Shown here: positions 48,514-59,692 of the stretch, one piece after another
Layout: the number at the start of each line of letters is the position of its first letter
Position numbering within the stretch: the stretch's first letter is position 1
Assembly (NCBI GenBank): GCA_965200245.1
Contig: CBDATS010000004.1
Span: 1,440,001 to 1,504,000, forward strand
Reading direction: 5' to 3'
DNA from: a bacterium
Lineage (GTDB): Bacteria; UBA8248
DNA length: 64,000 nucleotides
The notes under the pieces: model-generated
Database searches by the model: none
What the model saw: the letters and a program-made list of their open reading frames with translations, nothing else
Told to the model about the DNA's origin: nothing
Made by a program: the position numbers and the translations under genes

Positions 48514-48978
48514 TTGGGTCGTGAATATCCACTTCGCCCGATTGTCGGCGTAGGAGCCATCATTCTCGATAGCGATAACGTCCTCATCGTCCGGAGGGGG
48601 AAACCCCCCAAAATGGGTGCCTGGAGCATTCCCGGCGGTGGTGTCGACTTGGGGGAAGACCTCAAGGAGGCCTGCTTGCGAGAGGTGAAAGAAGAAACCG
48701 GCCTGGAAGTGGAGGTTCTCACAGAAGGAAAGGTTCTGAACCGTGTTACCCGGGACGAATGGGGGCGCGTGCAGTTTCATTACGTGCTCATTGATTTCGT
48801 GTGTCGGCCCACCGGGGGTGTGCTACAGGCGGCGAGCGATATTTCCGAAGCCAGGTGGGTTCCGTTAAGTGAAATATCCGGACTGCGCCCCATGACGAGC
48901 GGGACGGCGGAATTCATACTGGAATCGGTTGCTGCGCTTCAACAGTCATCAAGCCGGAAAAACCGGGAAATCACATGA
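48514..48978 (+). CDS. NUDIX hydrolase
   Basis: Nudix box 'GGVDLGEDLKEACLREVKEETGL'; TTG start inferred from the RBS. Confidence 0.9.
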   Translation: MGREYPLRPIVGVGAIILDSDNVLIVRRGKPPKMGAWSIPGGGVDLGEDLKEACLREVKEETGLEVEVLTEGKVLNRVTRDEWGRVQFHYVLIDFVCRPTGGVLQAASDISEARWVPLSEISGLRPMTSGTAEFILESVAALQQSSSRKNREIT

Positions 48979-49697
48979 AAAACGGCGGAGAAAAACAACC
49001 TTCGAGCGAACGACTCGTGGCTTTGTTCTTGCGCCTTGCCGCGCGCGAACTCCAAACGCCCGCCTCTCGCCTGAATGACAGGTTCTTCACCTTGGCTGAG
49101 GAATCTGACCCATGGAAGGCACGGGAAGAAATTCAGGATCTATCCGAAAATATTCATCGCCTCAGCCGCCTCATCGAAACGCTCGCCGATGCCGCCGATA
49201 TCGAAGCAAAGCGCGTAGGCCTTGAAAGCGACGAAGTCAATCTCGCGCATCTGTTCAGCGAGCGCATCGGCAAACGGCTCTGGAACTTCCCTTCCTTTCG
49301 GTTCTTGCCAGAAATGCCGTCTCGGCTCGACATTTGCGGCGACAGGACGAGGCTCAATTTCCTCATCGACGATCTGCTGGATGCGGCTATTCACATCGCG
49401 CCCGAAGGCGGAACCATCCACGCACTTCTCGCGAGGGAAAACGAAAGGATTGTTTTGTCGACCACCAACCGTGATGCGGAGATCCCGCCCTTTTCCACCA
49501 GTTCGTTTATCGACTGGATGGCGAAAGACCTCGAAAATCCGGGCGCGCTGAGGGGAATCGGAATCGGTCTGTACCGAAGCCATCTCACCGCCCTCATGCT
49601 AGGCGGACGCCTGGAACTTACGACCCCTTCCGAGGGCGGCGCATCCTTCACCGTCGAGTTCCCGGCCAGTCAATCACAACGCTCCAGTCTTTCATAG
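48975..49697 (+). CDS. Histidine-kinase-like protein with degenerate H, N and G1 boxes
   Basis: HisKA-like 'FLRLAARELQTP'; HATPase-like 'GDRTRL..LIDDLLDAAI', 'GIGIGL', 'LGGRL...GGASFTVEFP'. Confidence 0.75.
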   Translation: MKNGGEKQPSSERLVALFLRLAARELQTPASRLNDRFFTLAEESDPWKAREEIQDLSENIHRLSRLIETLADAADIEAKRVGLESDEVNLAHLFSERIGKRLWNFPSFRFLPEMPSRLDICGDRTRLNFLIDDLLDAAIHIAPEGGTIHALLARENERIVLSTTNRDAEIPPFSTSSFIDWMAKDLENPGALRGIGIGLYRSHLTALMLGGRLELTTPSEGGASFTVEFPASQSQRSSLS

Positions 49698-49709
49698 GAA
49701 TCCATCTAC

Positions 49710-50774
49710 ATGACTGAAATGAAACGAATTTCCGAAGAAGCGCTCGTGGATTTCGCCACGAAATGCATTGTGGTCTTGGGGGCCACAGAGGAACGCGCCA
49801 GGGTGACGGCGAAAATCCTCGCTGCGACGGATATGCGCGGAATTTCAAGCCACGGCGTAGCGGGCGGGACGGGTTTGCGCGAACTCGTCGAGCGCATTCG
49901 GAAAGAGGCCATCGACCCGAAAGCCGAACCGATTGTCGAGCGAAACGAAAACTGGGCCGTCGCCACCATGGACGCGCAAGCCGGCATCGGCCCGGCGGCG
50001 GCGATGGATGCGACGCACCTCGCGGGCGACTTGGCGGAAGAGTACGGCATCGGAAAGGTCTACCTGCACAACGCGAACCATTTCGGGGCGGCTTGCGTGT
50101 ATGTGGAGGCACTTATCGAACGGGGTCTCGCCGGCCGCGCCACGTGCACCTCTGGTGCATGGATGAAGCCTTACGGGGGAAACAGGATTCGGCTGGGTAC
50201 GAACCCCATCGCCTGGGGAGTGCCGGCAGGAGATCGAGCCATCGTCATCGACGTGGCTACTACGCAGCGCGCCGTAAGTCCCGCCATTCGCGCCAGTCGC
50301 GCAGGCGAAGCGATTCCACCCGATTATTTTCTGCACGAAAACGGTGAGGTCATCTCTGGTCACGTTCCGTACGACGAACTCATCAAGGGCTCCGTTCTGC
50401 CACTGGGGGGAACGCAGTTCGGTTACAAGGGCTCCGGCCTCGCCGTGCTGGTGGATCTGGACGGCGTCATTGGTGGTGGTTCAACGCAGCACATCCCGAC
50501 GCTGCGTGTCCAGCCCGACGCTCGCATCACGCAAACGATAGAATCCTGGAGGCTGGACGTGCTCTATCCATTGGAGGATGCGAAAAAGCGTCTGGCCGAG
50601 GCGGTTCGGGACATCAAAAGCTGCGGAGGCCCTGAGATGCTGCTTCCGGGAGAGCGCGAGGCGAACAGGAGAGCGGATGCGGAGAAAAACGGCATTCCCT
50701 ATGAAGCCAGCCAGCGTGATACGCTCGAAATGATAGGAGGGTGGCTGGGCGTCGCACCGCCCGAATCCATGTAA
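49710..50774 (+). CDS. Ldh_2 (malate/L-lactate dehydrogenase type 2) family oxidoreductase
   Basis: 'DMRGISSHG', 'NHFG', 'GTNPIA', 'GYKGSGL', 'LPGERE'. Confidence 0.9.
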   Translation: MTEMKRISEEALVDFATKCIVVLGATEERARVTAKILAATDMRGISSHGVAGGTGLRELVERIRKEAIDPKAEPIVERNENWAVATMDAQAGIGPAAAMDATHLAGDLAEEYGIGKVYLHNANHFGAACVYVEALIERGLAGRATCTSGAWMKPYGGNRIRLGTNPIAWGVPAGDRAIVIDVATTQRAVSPAIRASRAGEAIPPDYFLHENGEVISGHVPYDELIKGSVLPLGGTQFGYKGSGLAVLVDLDGVIGGGSTQHIPTLRVQPDARITQTIESWRLDVLYPLEDAKKRLAEAVRDIKSCGGPEMLLPGEREANRRADAEKNGIPYEASQRDTLEMIGGWLGVAPPESM

Positions 50775-50844
50775 CGGAATTCATCTGCCGTTTCAGGCCA
50801 TCGGCCCGGGAGCACTCGCCGGAGCCGCGGTCACTAATCATCCT

Positions 50845-52095
50845 CTAGGCGTTTCGCTCCAGGCGAACGGTTTCTATCTGTCGCTCGTTGGCCGATTCTA
50901 CGGTGAGGGTCCAGTCCTCCAGGGATATATGCTCGCCCTCTTTCGGGATGCGTTCGAACTGTCCCAGAAGGTAGCCCGACAACGTCTCGTAGTCCCCATC
51001 GGGTAAGGGTAATTTGAGCGTCTCGCGCACATCCTCTACCTCCATGCGGGCATCGACGAGGTAATGCCTCTCACCCAGCTTGTGGTGCTGGCGAACTTCG
51101 TCGATGTCGTATTCATCGGCGATGTCACCCACGATCTCTTCCACAAGATCCTCCATTGTCACGATGCCGGTGCAGGCCCCGTATTCATCCACCACCACGG
51201 CCATCTTGTCCTTCCGGCTCATCAACTCATCAAGGAGGCGGTCAGCCGGCTTTGTCTCCGGCACGAAATAAGCGCTTCGAATGAGGCCACCCTTGTCCTT
51301 TAGGCGTCCGGCGGTGTCGGGTCCCAACCCGAGAATGTCCCTTGTATGAACGACGCCGACGATATGGTACAGGTTTTCCCTGTAGATCAGGATTCTCGAG
51401 TGGCCGTCGTCTTCGATCTTCTGGATCACTTCTTCCACCGTGCCTTCCTCATCCACCGCCGATAGGTCCACGATGGGCACGAGCACGTTTTCCATGTCCA
51501 ATTCGCTGAACGTGAAGATGCGGCCTATCATCTGACGCTCGAGGACCTGCACGTCACCTTCGCTTTGCTCCTCCATCAGCGACTCGAGTTCCTTGCGGGT
51601 GACAAACGGGGTGCTCTCCCCGTCGCGTTTTCCCAGTCCCAAGGCGGTGCCGATGAGTGTGCTGATGAGCCACACCAAAGGATATATGATCAGCCTGGCG
51701 CACCAGACGACACGCGCCAGCAAAGGGGCAAGTGTGTCGGCGCGAGCCTGGCAATAGCCCTTGGGAACCACCTCGCCGAACACCACGAGAAGAGGAATCA
51801 CGAGGGCGACCGAGAGCACCTCTCCATAAGCAGGACCGACAAAATTGATGGCCGTTATGGTGGCTAGGGAGACGTTCGTGACGAAACTCGCGTTATGGCA
51901 GGTGAGAATCGTGCCCATGAGCCATTCGGGTTTTTCCAGTAACTGCAGGGCGATATCCGCGCCTTTGTTCCCTTCCTCCGCCCTGGCCCGCAGGCGGGCA
52001 CGATCTGCGGAAACGATGGCGATCTCCGCACCAGAGAACAACGCCTCCGCCAAGAGGAGGAGCAAACCGACGATGATGACCGGGAAAATATCCAA
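50845..52095 (-). CDS. CNNM/CBS/CorC (hemolysin-family) membrane protein
   Basis: 'FSGAEIA', 'FGEVVPK', 'HSRI', 'VDEYG..GIVTMEDLVEEIVGDI.DE', 'YETLSG'. Confidence 0.9.
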   Translation of the reverse strand: MDIFPVIIVGLLLLLAEALFSGAEIAIVSADRARLRARAEEGNKGADIALQLLEKPEWLMGTILTCHNASFVTNVSLATITAINFVGPAYGEVLSVALVIPLLVVFGEVVPKGYCQARADTLAPLLARVVWCARLIIYPLVWLISTLIGTALGLGKRDGESTPFVTRKELESLMEEQSEGDVQVLERQMIGRIFTFSELDMENVLVPIVDLSAVDEEGTVEEVIQKIEDDGHSRILIYRENLYHIVGVVHTRDILGLGPDTAGRLKDKGGLIRSAYFVPETKPADRLLDELMSRKDKMAVVVDEYGACTGIVTMEDLVEEIVGDIADEYDIDEVRQHHKLGERHYLVDARMEVEDVRETLKLPLPDGDYETLSGYLLGQFERIPKEGEHISLEDWTLTVESANERQIETVRLERNA

Positions 52096-52096
52096 T

Positions 52097-53368
52097 TCAG
52101 GAATCCTCCCGCCTTCGCGCGCGCACCTGAAGGACCCGGGCACCGCTCGTCTCGGTCACCGTGAATTCCACGTTCCCCAGACGAACCCACTCGTTTACTG
52201 AAGGCACACGACCCAGCATCGTGAAAACTGTGCCGCCCAGCGTATTTGCCTCTTCGTAATCGGGAAGTTCCCATCCGCTCACCGTCGAGAATTCCGCCAG
52301 GGGAACGCGGCCATGACACAGGAATGAATTCTCGTCTTCCTGTTCGATCCAGGTTTCTTCGACTTCCTCGTGTTCGTCCTTGATCTCGCCGAAAATCTCC
52401 TCGAGAAGATCCGTCATCGACACCAGGCCGAGAGTGCCGCCAAACTCATCCTGAACGATGGCGATGTGGGTTCGCTCATGTCGGAACTGACGAAATAGGC
52501 GATCAAGCTTCATCCCGCCTGGGACGATGAGCGGGGCGCGCAGCATCTGTTTCGTCAGACGCTCCTCGGGGCTGAAATTTCTTCGGCCTGCCTGGCGCAG
52601 AAAGTCCTTGACATACAAAATGCCCACTATCTGATCCCGGTCTCGCTGGAAAATCGGAATGCGCGAATGGGTTGCCGTGCGGACGTGCTCGATCACTTCC
52701 ACGACGGGCAGGTTCATCTCCCAGCATTCCAGATCCGTGCGTGGCACCGCCACGTCGGACACGGTCTTATCGTGGAAACCGAACACGTTGTGAATGAGTT
52801 CGCGCTCGCCTTCTTCGAGTTCGCCTTCGGCGTGGCCCGCATCCACGAGGTGGAGGAATTCATCTTCCATCAAGATGCTTTGAGGATCCCGTGAGGGAGA
52901 TCCCATCAGGGAGAGTACGCCGTTCGCCACCTGCAGGAATATCCACCGCAGCGGAGAAATGAAGCGCGCGAAAACGGATATGGGAGTCGCCAGAAATCGC
53001 GAGAATCGCTCCGGATACCGGGCCGCCAGGGATTTGGGCGTAATCTCGCCGAATATCATGAGCAGCGGCGTCATGAACACGGGAGCGAGCCACCTTTTCC
53101 CGGGTTCCAGATAAGCCACCACGACGCCCGTGAACAGCGCGGAGGAGGCGATGTTCACGACTTCGTTTCCCATCAATATGGAAGTAATCAGCCGCCTGGG
53201 CCTGTCGAGAAGGTCGGATATCCGCTCGCCTGCCCCGCCCTCGCGGCGCATGGTGCGCACCTTGGGGCGTGGCAGGGAGAAAAGGGCCGTCTCGCTGGCC
53301 GAGAAGCCTGCAGAGCAAAGCATGAGGAAGACGAAGGCGGCGAGCCGGAATAGCAGGTCGGCATCCAT
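52097..53368 (-). CDS. CNNM/CBS/CorC (hemolysin-family) membrane protein
   Basis: 'FSASETALFS', 'FGEITPK', 'HSRIP', 'DEFGG..GLVSMTDLLEEIFGEI.DE'. Confidence 0.9.
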   Translation of the reverse strand: MDADLLFRLAAFVFLMLCSAGFSASETALFSLPRPKVRTMRREGGAGERISDLLDRPRRLITSILMGNEVVNIASSALFTGVVVAYLEPGKRWLAPVFMTPLLMIFGEITPKSLAARYPERFSRFLATPISVFARFISPLRWIFLQVANGVLSLMGSPSRDPQSILMEDEFLHLVDAGHAEGELEEGERELIHNVFGFHDKTVSDVAVPRTDLECWEMNLPVVEVIEHVRTATHSRIPIFQRDRDQIVGILYVKDFLRQAGRRNFSPEERLTKQMLRAPLIVPGGMKLDRLFRQFRHERTHIAIVQDEFGGTLGLVSMTDLLEEIFGEIKDEHEEVEETWIEQEDENSFLCHGRVPLAEFSTVSGWELPDYEEANTLGGTVFTMLGRVPSVNEWVRLGNVEFTVTETSGARVLQVRARRREDS

Positions 53369-53438
53369 CAGTCCGAGCCTCCCGGCTGATTATGGTGAAA
53401 ATGTATTTGCCCCGGTGGTTCAGGGTCAGGTTCTTCCA

Positions 53439-54320
53439 CTACCATGAGGCTGTCAATCTCCTTAAATAATTCCGAAATGCTGGGCCGATGTCCTCGCGCT
53501 GTAGGGCGAACTCGACTGTCGCTTCCAAATAGCCCAATTTGTCGCCCGCATCATATCGCTGTCCCGCATATTCATAGGCGTAGAGACGGGTCTGAGCCAG
53601 CAGACCCCGCAACCCGTCGGTGAGCTGGATCTCCCCTTTCGCATCCGGCTTCACGCGTTCGAGGATCGGGAAAATCTCGGGCGGCAAGACGTAGCGTCCG
53701 ATGATTGCGACATTGGAGGGCGCATGTTCAGGTTCGGGTTTTTCGACCATCCCCTTGAGTGGCGTGACGCCGGGCGCTGGAGAGGGTTCGCCGGAAGGAT
53801 CGATGATGCCGTATTTCGAGAGTTCGCTTTTCTCGACCCGCACTCCTGCGATCACACCACCGCCGTGCGCGTCGAACACCCGCACCAACTGGCCGATGAC
53901 AGGCTCTTCGCTCCGGATGACGTCATCGGATAAAATGACGGCGAACGGCTCGTCTCCCACGACCGGCCTGGCGCACAGGACAGCATGACCCAGACCCAGC
54001 GGGCGTTTCTGGCGAATGGACGTGATGCGGGCTTTTTCCGAGATTTCCTCCACCACGGCCAACAGCCTCTCCTCGTTCCTGTCTCGCAGGTAAGTTTCCA
54101 CCTCGAAGGCGACATCGAAATGGTCCACCATCGAGACCTTCCCGCGCCCGGTGATGAAAACGATCTCCTCAATACCGGCATCCAGGGCCTCCTGTACGCC
54201 GATCTGGATTTGAGGGACGTCCACAATGGGAAGCATCTCTTTCGGGATCACCTTGGTGGCGGGCAGAAACCGCGTTCCGAGCCCCGCTACCGGAAAAACA
54301 GCCTTGCGAACCCGGCTCAT
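53439..54320 (-). CDS. galU: UTP-glucose-1-phosphate uridylyltransferase
   Basis: 'KAVFPVAGLGTRFLPATK..PKEMLP', 'GLGHAV', 'VEKP', 'GEIQLTD'. Confidence 0.96.
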   Translation of the reverse strand: MSRVRKAVFPVAGLGTRFLPATKVIPKEMLPIVDVPQIQIGVQEALDAGIEEIVFITGRGKVSMVDHFDVAFEVETYLRDRNEERLLAVVEEISEKARITSIRQKRPLGLGHAVLCARPVVGDEPFAVILSDDVIRSEEPVIGQLVRVFDAHGGGVIAGVRVEKSELSKYGIIDPSGEPSPAPGVTPLKGMVEKPEPEHAPSNVAIIGRYVLPPEIFPILERVKPDAKGEIQLTDGLRGLLAQTRLYAYEYAGQRYDAGDKLGYLEATVEFALQREDIGPAFRNYLRRLTASW

Positions 54321-54408
54321 GAGAAAGTTCCCATGAGAAAGAAAATGTGTCGGTGCGAATGAATGCGTAACATTTCTCTTCGATCATAGAAAAATGAACA
54401 AACGGAGG

Positions 54409-56508
<2,100 letters not shown>

Positions 56509-57498
56509 TCAGAGCGATTCGAAGCGCTGTCGGGCAGTGGCCGCCGCGCTCGAATCCGGATATTTGGCAATTACCTGGCCGAGCAACTCACGTGCACTCG
56601 CGCGATCATCGATGTTCAGAAACGAGAGTGCTTCCAGAAGCAGGGCTTCCGGTGCCTTGTCCCCATTGGCGTAATCGACCTGCACCTTGTTGAACGCCAG
56701 AATGGCGCGTTCGAAATTCTTCTCCTGATAGTAGGACTGTCCTATCCAGTACTGCGCGTCGTCCGCCAACTCGTGCGTGGGATAATTGTCGATAAACGTA
56801 TCCAAAAGGCTGCGCGCCTTCGCGTAATTTCTTTCATCGCGCAAGACGCGAATTGCCCGTGTGTAGTCCTCTTCGGGGTCAGGAAGTTTGGGCACAGGTT
56901 TAGCCTGCGGGGGCCGGTTCACGGGCTCTTTGGATATGACCACGACGCGCTCGCCTGCGGCAGGCTGGCCCACAGGCTGGGTGCCCGTGCTCGCCGGCAA
57001 ACCTGCCGATACAACCCGCCCGTCCCCGGCAGGAACACCCAGGGGAGACATCCGGGACGGCGAGCCCGCCGGCGTCACGACAACCTCCGCTTTTTTCTTC
57101 GTCGCCTGAACGGGAGGTTTTGAGCGCAACAGGCTCAACTCTTTTTCGAGTTTATCGATTCTCTCTTGGAGTTTCGCGATTGTTTTTCCGGCTTTTTCGA
57201 GAGATTTCTCGGAATCCTTTCGCGCGCGTTCGACCTCGTTCGTGACCCCCTGAATGGCCTCTCGCGCTTCCTCGATGCGTTGCTCCTGGTTTTGCATCCC
57301 GCGCCTGAGACCTTTGAGATTTGCCTCAATGGCAGCAACGTCGATCGATGGATTCTGGGTACCAACCTGAGCCGCCGGCGCGGGAGGCGGTGTACCGGAA
57401 TCTCCTGCCGGAGAATTCGTATCCGGGCAACCGATCAAAAAAAAGGAAAACACCACCAAAGAGAAAGGCCTGAGTCCGGATGCCTGAAAAGTTTTCAT
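56509..57498 (-). CDS. cpoB: Tol-Pal system protein CpoB/YbgF
   Basis: N-terminal Cys lipobox-like signal, coiled coil, and TPR 'AQYWIGQSYY...KAPEALL...YPDS'; follows pal. Confidence 0.85.
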   Translation of the reverse strand: MKTFQASGLRPFSLVVFSFFLIGCPDTNSPAGDSGTPPPAPAAQVGTQNPSIDVAAIEANLKGLRRGMQNQEQRIEEAREAIQGVTNEVERARKDSEKSLEKAGKTIAKLQERIDKLEKELSLLRSKPPVQATKKKAEVVVTPAGSPSRMSPLGVPAGDGRVVSAGLPASTGTQPVGQPAAGERVVVISKEPVNRPPQAKPVPKLPDPEEDYTRAIRVLRDERNYAKARSLLDTFIDNYPTHELADDAQYWIGQSYYQEKNFERAILAFNKVQVDYANGDKAPEALLLEALSFLNIDDRASARELLGQVIAKYPDSSAAATARQRFESL

Positions 57499-57508
57499 GA
57501 AGAAAAAC

Positions 57509-57534
57509 TCCCCGGCGGCATCTGCCGCCGGGGA
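57509..57534 (-). terminator. Intrinsic terminator/stabilising hairpin between pal and cpoB
   Basis: TCCCCGGCGGCA-tc-TGCCGCCGGGGA, 12-bp stem followed by GTTTTT on the minus strand. Confidence 0.7.
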
Positions 57535-57565
57535 ATCCTTTTTGATACGCAGGACAGCCGAACGG

Positions 57566-58153
57566 CTAGTTCATACCCGCCGGAATACCGCCGATGATGT
57601 TGAACTTCGCCCGGCGATTCTTGGCCCATCCCGCTTCGTTGGAGCGTGAATCGGCCGGACGTTCCTCGCCATAGCTTACCGTATCGACCCGGGAAGCCTT
57701 GACCCCGAGCGAAGCGAGATAATCCTTGGCGCTCTGCGAACGTCTGTGTCCGAGCGCGATGTTGTATTCCACCGTTCCACGCTCGTCGCAATGTCCTTCA
57801 ATCTGCACTCGAAGGCTGGGATATTCCTGCAGGAAGCGAGCCTTGGCGTCCATGATCGAACGCATATCAGAACGGATCTCGGACTTGTCAAAATCGAAGT
57901 AGACCAGATGGTTTTCAAACCTGGTCAAGGCACGTTTGAAGGCGGCGCGACGGCGCTGCCTCTCGAGCATGCTTGTGTCTTCCTGCATCTTGGTTGGTTT
58001 GGGAGGTTGCGGCTTTCTCGCCATGGGAGGAGGTGGTTTGGGCGCCGGCAGTTCTTCTACCTCCGGCGTATGTTTCACGCAGCCTACCGTGAATACGAGT
58101 AACAAACCCATCAACAAGGATTGATAAGACTGAATACGGCCCGATAACGACAT
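57566..58153 (-). CDS. pal: Peptidoglycan-associated lipoprotein
   Basis: Lipobox 'TVGC', 'YFDFDKS', 'IEGHCDERGTVEYNIALG', 'SYGEERP', 'NRRA'. Confidence 0.95.
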   Translation of the reverse strand: MSLSGRIQSYQSLLMGLLLVFTVGCVKHTPEVEELPAPKPPPPMARKPQPPKPTKMQEDTSMLERQRRRAAFKRALTRFENHLVYFDFDKSEIRSDMRSIMDAKARFLQEYPSLRVQIEGHCDERGTVEYNIALGHRRSQSAKDYLASLGVKASRVDTVSYGEERPADSRSNEAGWAKNRRAKFNIIGGIPAGMN

Positions 58154-58343
58154 GCAAACACCCCCCCCTCGCAGTCTTTGGTTCGTATATGTTCAGAGCG
58201 AGAAGTAATTTTTAATACGGGGCGGAGAGCCTTCCCCCTCTCGGATTGCTCCACAACCGAACATCATGAATTATAAAGGGTGGATGCGTGATGAGCAAGT
58301 CCAATTCGTGCTTTTTCGAGAGATATTTCCCGGATTCAGTATT

Positions 58344-59648
58344 TTATCTGGACATTGGCGACCAGGCGGGTTCCTGTCCGGGTTGAAGTCGCTTGAGTTG
58401 CGTGCCGGCGGAGGTCATCACATACACATATTTCCTGCCACTCCTGTCCGAGGAGAAGGTGATATGCCGGCCATCCGGAGACCAGGTGGGCGATTCGTTG
58501 CGCCCCTGACTGCCGGTGAGGCGACGCATGTCCCTGCCGTCGATGTTCATGGTGACGATATCTATTTCCTTGCCTTTCTTGATGCGGCTTGTCAGAGCGA
58601 TTCTGTCCCCCCGGGGACTCCACTCGGGTTCGGTATTGTATTTTCCGCTGAACGTGATTCGTTTCGGGCTGGAGCCGTCCGAGTTCATGACGTAGATGTG
58701 GGGATTCCCTGAACGGCTCGAGGTGAAGGCGATTTTCTTGCCGTCCGGCGAGAAGGTGGGAGATACGTCGATGCCGAAACTTCTCGTGATCCTCCTCTTC
58801 ACGCGAGTGCGCAGGTCGTAGCGGAAAATCTCGTAGTTTCGCCTTACGAGTTCGGCGAAAGCGAAGTATCGCGAATCTGGAGAAAAAGCACCTCCGACGG
58901 CCTGTGCGCGGGAAGAACTCACCTTGAACTCGCGTGCGCCGTTTGTTGGCAGAAGGAAAACGCCGGGGGGGGTGGACTTGAACGATGAATATGCTATCCA
59001 TCTCCCGTCCGGAGACCACGCGGGCGCATTGTTTCCCATGCCGTTGCGCGTTACCCGCCTGAGTTCTGCGCCGTCCCAGTCCATGATGTATATCTTTCCG
59101 CGATCCTTGAGCGAACGTCTTGATACGAATGCGATCTGGGTGTCGAACACCCCCTTCTCGCCAGTGTAACGTTCGATCACCGCGTTGGCGAAACGGTGGG
59201 CCAGCAAGCGCCATCCGCTTTTGGGATAACGGTACCGCTTGCCCAGTTCCTGTGCGGAGCGAAGTGTATCGTAGAGATAAACTTCCGCCGTGATGGTGTT
59301 TTCCGAAATGATGTAGCCGCCCTTGATGAGGGCCTCCACCTTGACCACCTTGCTCCATTGGGAGAAGCGCTGTTCGTCCCTTCGAATCCCGGTGCGCAGG
59401 GGATTCTCCAGATAACCCTTGCGGTCGGGAATGAAGAACAGGCCGCTGCGTTTGAGATCTGATTCGATGACCTGCGCGATCTTGAGTCCCAGCGGGTCAC
59501 GCGCTCCTCTAAGGGGGCGAAACTCGGGTGCCGCCAACCGTATCTTTTTGGCGGTCGGGGAGTAGATGTCGATGAACACGCGCTGGGCATCCGCGGCTTG
59601 CGGGCAGGAGAACAACATGGTGATGAGGAATATCGCCCATCCGATCAT
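58344..59648 (-). CDS. tolB: TolB
   Basis: Signal peptide, 'AHRFAN', and PD40 repeats 'PAWSPDG', 'PTFSPDG', 'PTWSPDG'. Confidence 0.93.
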   Translation of the reverse strand: MIGWAIFLITMLFSCPQAADAQRVFIDIYSPTAKKIRLAAPEFRPLRGARDPLGLKIAQVIESDLKRSGLFFIPDRKGYLENPLRTGIRRDEQRFSQWSKVVKVEALIKGGYIISENTITAEVYLYDTLRSAQELGKRYRYPKSGWRLLAHRFANAVIERYTGEKGVFDTQIAFVSRRSLKDRGKIYIMDWDGAELRRVTRNGMGNNAPAWSPDGRWIAYSSFKSTPPGVFLLPTNGAREFKVSSSRAQAVGGAFSPDSRYFAFAELVRRNYEIFRYDLRTRVKRRITRSFGIDVSPTFSPDGKKIAFTSSRSGNPHIYVMNSDGSSPKRITFSGKYNTEPEWSPRGDRIALTSRIKKGKEIDIVTMNIDGRDMRRLTGSQGRNESPTWSPDGRHITFSSDRSGRKYVYVMTSAGTQLKRLQPGQEPAWSPMSR

Positions 59649-59692
59649 ACGAACCTCCCGCTTGTCTGATTCGCTTTGAATTTTTTTTCGCA

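Noticed and set aside
50845-53368. Tandem CNNM/CBS genes as a novel system
   Set aside because: Paired hemolysin-family paralogues are a common arrangement in many bacteria.
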